This document shows, piece after piece, positions 57,561 to 64,000 of a stretch of DNA of 64,000 nucleotides. This DNA comes from Balanoglossus misakiensis (lineage: Eukaryota; Animalia; Hemichordata), in the NCBI GenBank assembly GCA_040954595.2, contig CM082577.2, positions 8,519,846-8,583,845 of the forward strand, written 5' to 3'. A program made the translations under genes and the position numbers. Each line of letters starts with the position of its first letter. The first letter of the stretch is position 1. Under the pieces are notes generated by a model that was given only the letters and a program-made list of their open reading frames with translations, was not told where the DNA came from and made no database searches.

Positions 57561-59964
57561 ATGTTGACTAGATTTTCAGTACTTTGTCTTCGGTGTAGAA
57601 CACAAAGAACATGGCAAACTATGAACCAATGTCGACAGAAAAGTTCTTTCACCAGAGGTTTGTTTCCCGACGTATCTCTTTCTCAGTTCAACTCCGGTCA
57701 GGTCATCCAAAGTGTGTGAACTCTGATGTCAAGGTTACAGCATCAACAATGAGTTTGCTCTCCCCTATCTGTTAGTCTTTGCAGCAGTTTGGGGATCGAG
57801 TTAGATGTGTTAGCACTATGTATAACAAGTGCATTGTATAAACAATATTCCAGTAAAAATGATCTTATACATGCTAAGGTCAAGATTTTTGATACGTATC
57901 AAATTCACACAGTGACAACGGAAGTCACGTGACAGGTCAACCAAGAAGTACAAGGTCCCACATGCCATTACAATAAGTGGGTTCATATCATTTTTATTGC
58001 CATTAAATTGTCTGAAATTATTAATGCATATATCAATTCTGACTCTGAAAACCACTATAATCACTACACATTACTCATAGGTCATAGCATATATTTTCCA
58101 TAGATGTAAAGCTATGTAAATCTTCACCTTTTTTATCAGACCTGAAGAAATTCTACACAAATGTCAGTTTATCACACTCTGGTGGACTGTTTGAAATAAA
58201 CCTGGACAACCGGAAGCTGAAGACTCCAATGGGAAAAATATTCACTGTGCCAAGCGAACCACTTGCAATAGCAGTTGCCACAGAATGGGAAGCACAGGAC
58301 AAGACAATTAAGAAACATTCTATGCCTTTGGTAAATACAGAATCACAAATAGCTGGCTGCAAGTAGATTCAACTCTGCTGTGTACAAATTGTAAATCAAG
58401 TATGCTTGGAGCATTGGAGTAGCTACTTTCATACAAAAGATATTTTCTCAGCCACCTTATTTTGTGCACATTTTCTGTATGCTAATTTCTGTTTCATGTC
58501 TTGGTTGAAATCATTCTCAAAGTGTTTGCTTTGGTTTGTTGCAGACATCTTTATGTTACAGTGCCCTGGACAACCCTTCAGAGAGAAGTAAAGACACTGT
58601 CATCAATTCAATTTTACACTTTCTTGTTACAGATACTGTATGGTAGGTATGCATGTACTTCTGTCATACGACATAAAACATAAGGCACTTTCAGGCATTG
58701 TATTTTTCTGTCAAATATCAAAGTCCTAAACCCACAAAAGTACTACCCATTTGACACGGTTAACCTGAACATGCCTGGTATTCTGTTCCATAACCTGAAC
58801 ATATTTCATAAATCAAGCAGTCCGCGGAACTGGTCTTTCGAAATTTGAGTGTGTCTTTTCAGAGAAATGAATAAATGACAGATATCAGAAACTAAACGTT
58901 CCTTGGTGATTACTTTCAGTTTCCGCGAAGAACAACCTCCAGAACTGTTTGCGTTACAACAAAATGAATGGGACCCCATCTTGGAATGGATCAACAAACG
59001 TTACGAGGTCAACATCCAGGCTACTACCAGTCGGATTGGACCGGAGATCACGCCAGAAATGAGGAATGTATTTGAACAACATCTGAAGGTGTACAACAGC
59101 TGGGCCATCATAGGTAAGAAGTGCAAAAAAATGTACTTTTTTGTTTCCTTCAGGTATCTTCATGCCTACATTGTTTTCTTAGAAAAAAAGTGTCAATAGA
59201 CAAAAATATGCAGGGGCTTGCAAAATGACAAGAAAATGATCATTTGCGTCTTTTTAATATGTATGCACTGTACAGTTTGTGTGAATTTCATAGCCGTGTT
59301 CGAAGACTTTATTATATGGTTTCTTGCACTTTTGGTACTTGCAAACCACATAAAGATCTCTAAATCAGCACTCAGTCTTGTTGCCACAATATTTTTGTCC
59401 GTGCACAGGTTATGAATCTGCCGTACAGAGTCTGAAGTCCCTGATTTTGACTGCAGCACTAATTGATCGGCATTTAACTGTGGAAGAAGCCGTCAGTCTG
59501 TCCAGACTTGAATATGCATTCCAGGTAAAAAAACAACAACCAGCAACACTTGTTTTGGTTTGCAGTGCCTCAACTATAGTTGTCAAACAAAGTCTTGATG
59601 TCAGCATTACAAAACCATGTCAAGATTAGAATATTTCACTGCTACTTCCCCTGTACAAAAATCAAAAATGGTTGAGGGTGATCAAGCAATATTTTTGCCT
59701 TAGTGGAAGAGTCAGTGAACAGAGATGGATGAATTGATGAATAGATGATAAATATTTAACAGAATTTTTTTCTCTATTATTCAAAAATCCCAATTTTATT
59801 CCATTTTGCAGACAGCACAGTGGGGCCGAGTGGAATGGGCGCACGACATGGATGAAGCGGAAATGAAAACTAGGGTTGCCGCAGCAACGCTGTTCGTCCA
59901 TTTTTGCTCGCAGAGCAGCAGGACTGTGGAGAAACTAGACGCACAGAAAGAGCAGGCACAGTGA
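57561..59964 (+). CDS. ATPAF2: ATP synthase mitochondrial F1 complex assembly factor 2 (ATP12), 282 aa, 6 exons
   Basis: Exons: 57561-57657, 58140-58330, 58545-58642, 58920-59113, 59409-59524, 59812-59964. Motifs include KKFYTNVS, FEINLDNRKLKTP, LAIAVATEWEAQ, LQQNEWDPILEW, VEEAVSLSRLE and QWGRVEWAHD. AATAAA is at 60345. Confidence 0.95.
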
Positions 59965-60853
59965 TTTTGTCAGCCAGAGCCTGCGTGGACTTTTGTCAGG
60001 TGAATTCGTTCTTGTGAAGGGCATCAGAATGCTTCTCTTTGTGGTTTGGGCCAGTATGTCTACTCCAGAAGCCAACGATGCATGCTGAGTACTGTTACGT
60101 TCCGAAATGGTACTGAAACAATCAGTGCAAGTATCAACCCTGTTATAATATCCATGCATTGCTATCCATTTGAATTATAGGTTATTTCCATAAACCTTGA
60201 AATGACCCTAAGAAAGGCTGCTGGATTTTAACCATCACAATTTTCTGCTCAGGAGGAAAATTGGTAAAAAGGTGTGATGATATGCTTGTGTGTATTGATC
60301 TTGTTTTTTGAATGAATGTATTTAGTATAAGATAAAAGGAAACTAATAAATGTTTTTCCTTCTCAATAAGACCAGAGATTTCAAACCCTTTAATTTGTAA
60401 TATACAATGTTTATTTCACAAAATACGATATTCACAACTTTTAACGGCTGTTTAATAACAACGTGAATAATGCATTGCTAAATTTCGTTAAAATTTACTG
60501 AATACAGAATTTTTTTCCAGTCTATTGTTACAGCAAGTAAAAAGTTTTTACATGAAGTTTATACATGAATATTCTTTTGTCTGTTGAATTTGTCTGATTT
60601 GGAAGGAAAAATAATTTCCAGGGGGCAAAATATTTACAAATACGAAGCTGATAATGAGACGCACAGGCTGCATTTGTTGGAGACTGAATGACAAGCGTTT
60701 GCTTCTTGGAGAAGACTGCAGTCACAATACAAGTTCACTATATCTTACATCAATGCAAACCCCCTCTCAGTGAATATGCCACAGAAATTTGCAGTGTAGC
60801 ATTGTCATGTGTGATGGTTCAGAAGTCCTCAGTTTTATTAGGAAACTGCCACT

Positions 60854-63800
60854 TCAAAGACCGCCGTGCAAATCAAGATTCTCAATTTCATCGTTGAGGT
60901 GGTCGATGAGATTGTTGACTTCTCCGACCCGGTCCCTGTTCCTCTTGATCTCCTCCTCTTGGTGGATTTTCTCCATCAACGCCGCCATCCAGTTGTTGGC
61001 CCTGGTGATGATGTCGTCCTCCCGGTTGTCAATCTTCAAGAGATGGAGGTCATGTGACGCGCTGACTGCATTCTGAATGGTGTCTTTGTCGACCAATAGC
61101 TGTGGAGAGGATATTATATGGTGTGAGTGGTGTTGGTGCATCACAAGTCGGAGGTTGGACGATTGCCTATTCGACAGTAGGTAAAAACTCAGAGGCAGCA
61201 GGAATGGGCCAGGGGCTAGACTAGTTCATTGACAGCAATCAATATATTGGTTATATTTAAAAGGACCACTCACCAGTTTGAGCTCATCTGGGATCTCATC
61301 GTCCAGTTCATTCTTCACAAATTTTTCTAACGTGATCACTGCGATTTCCAGCAGCTTCTCGTGGTGCTGGTTCTCAAGTTCACGGCATTGTGAAATTCTG
61401 CGATCACAATAGGTTAAGGAGGAATCCAGAAATGAATACAGGCCTTAAAAGGTACGCAAAACTTTTGTCAAATTACACCTTGAGGTCCGTGGGGCGCCCT
61501 CTGTAGTTGCTTCACTCAGTTTGTTTAGTTACATAGAGGGTGCCTAAAAGTACTGAAACTTAAAACAATTTTAGTCAAGCACCCAACAAGGAAGCAGTAG
61601 GGGAGTCAGAAATTCATATACTACCTAACTTTGGGTTTTCTGGAAATGGAGACGTTTTGTGATCATGAAATTTTTGTTCGGCCAAAACATTACTGTAAAT
61701 GTAATCAAGACAAATTCATGACAAAAACAACTTCAACCGGTCACAAGGTAATAATCGTAACTTTGAACAAAACTCCCAGATAACCTCACAGACAGACTCC
61801 CTTTTTCTATTCAAAGGATACAGAGCTTGGACATTTTCCACAAAAATGGACACCATGTCTGCCATATTCCTCTCAAATTCTTTGATGGTTTCCTGTAAAA
61901 ACAAGCATGTACAATAGATAATTTTCAACAAAGTTTGTTGGGGATTTTTGTATGCTTTAAATAGTAATCACAACTTGTCATCTGATCAAGTCAGTGTACA
62001 GTAGGCAATATTACCGCTGCATTTTCAGCTTACCACTCAGGCAATCGCTGTTTGGTTATCAGTCCAAATTTATAATCCTGGCCAAGGTAACTAAATCATT
62101 ACCAACACATTAAAGTAACCATGCCTTCATCTCGCAGTTCAAACATAAATCACAGGCGTTTAATAATATAATATGCTAAGATATGTTGTTGTTTTTACCT
62201 CAAGCTGATCAACCAATTGCAGTTCATATCCCATGAGTGTGTCCCAGATGTTACCAACTTCTTTGTGGTATTCATCTATCCTACTGTCCAACATCTTCTG
62301 GTCACTCATCAATGGCAATTCTGCAAACAACTGGACGGAAAAAAAAGTAATACCATGGTGATTTTTAACACATTTCTCAAGTGTTCAAAGTGTGCATGTA
62401 TGTGTATGGATGGATGTCAATGTGGCACGATTGTTGTTTAAATAACACGCATTTTTCTACAGCTGTTGAACATTCGTTCTCTAATTAAATAAAGATCATC
62501 TTTTGCTAGTTTTTGCATGCAAAATCAGTAAATATCCCAGAACAGCTGGGATGGCAACATGTGGTCTTGAAACTTCTATTATGGCAGCTGGAACTAAAAT
62601 AGATTCAAGGTAACTGTAAAAAAAAAATAACTCCAAAGTGAGGGATCCATAAACAGCATGTGAATACAAGGATATTTTGAGGTAGTAATGCATTGTTTTT
62701 TAAAAGTGCTCAATGGAAGATAATCACTAAAAGTTAGCAGCAAATTGAACCTACTTTTTTCTTATATGCAAGGAATTCATCAATCTTCCTTGTACCAGCT
62801 TCCTTGTTTTCTGTCTTGGCATCTTCAACACACTCAAAGAATTCGTCCACTTCTTTCTTTCGCTTTTCGTGTTCTTGAAGACCGTGGTGGAAGAGTTGTT
62901 GGCAGATGTCTGTGAACTTTTCTTTGAAAGTAGGAAAGAGTTAAGGAAATCACCAAAAGCAATTCTCACACTAGATTTTTTGTATCTTCAGCAAGTACAC
63001 ATTATGAGTTAAACTATTCACTGACGAAATACTAGGATGTGTAATGTAAAGGATATGTAACAAGCAATTCATCCACTCCTGGTAGTGCTGCCAGTTTGGG
63101 TGCCTCGGCATCATCAGCAAACATGCTCTCAAACAGATAAGAACCGTTGAGATTCTCCACGTAGGCAGCCTGCAAGACAGAACAAAGCATTCACACTGAG
63201 TACGGTAATGCTGGACTACTTTTGAAGAAGCAATTACTACAGATACTTGGCAAACGGTAGCGTTCCCAGACAGGAAAACTGTTGAAATATTTGAGGTGAA
63301 AACTGCCGACTCAGCATAATATCAAGGCACCAAGTATACTGTAATTCATTCTGTGTATAAAAAACCCTGAGCTATTATGGACCTTGCCAACACCTCCGAA
63401 GAATAGTTTTGACAACAAAGACATTACAACATGCCAATCTTTAGACTATACATCTGACCTCACCTTCTGCCTTTCAAATTCTTTCTTTTTCGCTTGCTCT
63501 TCTTCCTCTTTCCTCTCGGCAGCTCTCTCATCAGCTTCCAACTCTTCAATGGAATATTTGTACTGCTCATTGGCTGCTTCCCTCTGTGAACCAGTCGACC
63601 AAACAAAAGAATGTCATTCAAGTTATGTTATACAGGTTAAAATGGAACTTTTGCGCTCAGTGTTGAGAGGAAAACACGTGACCAACACAGACAAAGAGAA
63701 ATCTGACATTGAGGAGCGAGTGCATACCGTGTTCTCGTCAATTAATCTGAAGTCAAGGTACACCAGACTAGGAATGTGTGCAACTACATAGGCTTTGTAA

Positions 63801-63874
63801 TTGGGATCATCACAGAAGGCATTTTTGCTTAAATTCAGAGTCTGCAGGTTCTTGAATCTTCTCAGATATTTCAC
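60854..63874 (-). CDS. DRC3: Dynein regulatory complex subunit 3 (LRRC48). The last 8 exons are in the window; the 5' part lies beyond the right edge.
   Basis: Exons: 63874-63728, 63583-63464, 63169-63057, 62929-62755, 62330-62199, 61892-61822, 61397-61274, 61099-60854. The protein has an LRR cap (YLRRFKNLQTLNLSKN...LVYLDFRLID) and the motifs AYVENLNGSYLFESMFADD, LMGYELQLVDQLEE, DKDTIQNAVSASHDLHLLKIDNRED and RNRDRVGEV. Confidence 0.93.
61398..61821 (-). other. U12-type (minor) GT-AG intron of DRC3
   Basis: The 5' splice site is GTATCCTTT. The branch site TCCTTAAC is at 61420-61413, ~15 nt before the AG. The frame is preserved (GCT CT|A ATT). Confidence 0.92.
62930..63056 (-). other. U12-type (minor) AT-AC intron of DRC3
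   Basis: The 5' splice site is ATATCCTTT. The branch site TTCCTTAAC is at 62948-62940, and the intron ends ...TTCCTAC|. The frame is preserved (GTT AC|T TTC). Confidence 0.93.
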
Positions 63875-64000
63875 CTGAAAGAGTCAGAATAAAGGGATTT
63901 AGATATATTGATTGTCAGGCATATATTAACACAAACATTATGTGCAAGACAGATATATTACAAGGTAACTGTTCAAAACTAGGTATCTTTTCCTTCATAT

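Overview
This is a compact, intron-rich genomic window from an animal, most likely an invertebrate bilaterian; the taxon cannot be fixed from sequence alone. I rebuilt nine protein-coding genes by hand from splice sites. In order they are: the 5' third of an outer-arm axonemal dynein beta heavy chain (DNAH9/11/17 type, - strand), ABCA3 (+), ETFA (+), PGS1 (-), NDUFAB1 (-), an intronless KBTBD8/2-like BTB-BACK-Kelch gene (-), GID4 (-), ATPAF2 (+) and the 3' part of DRC3/LRRC48 (-). The main points are: (1) two minor-spliceosome introns in DRC3, one AT-AC and one GT-AG; (2) a cluster of Rbfox TGCATG motifs, with candidate unannotated cassette, micro and terminal exons, in the two longest dynein introns; (3) a short GID4 whose own N-terminus (M)PGK resembles the Pro/N-degron it binds; (4) a 619-bp near-perfect foldback element probably inside a ~5.4-kb 3' UTR; (5) GID4-ATPAF2-DRC3 in the same order and orientation as human 17p11.2; and (6) several MITE families. 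There are no prokaryotic features, no CRISPR array and no tRNA/rRNA I can support. I cannot show a wholly new system; the novel items are hypotheses with stated tests.
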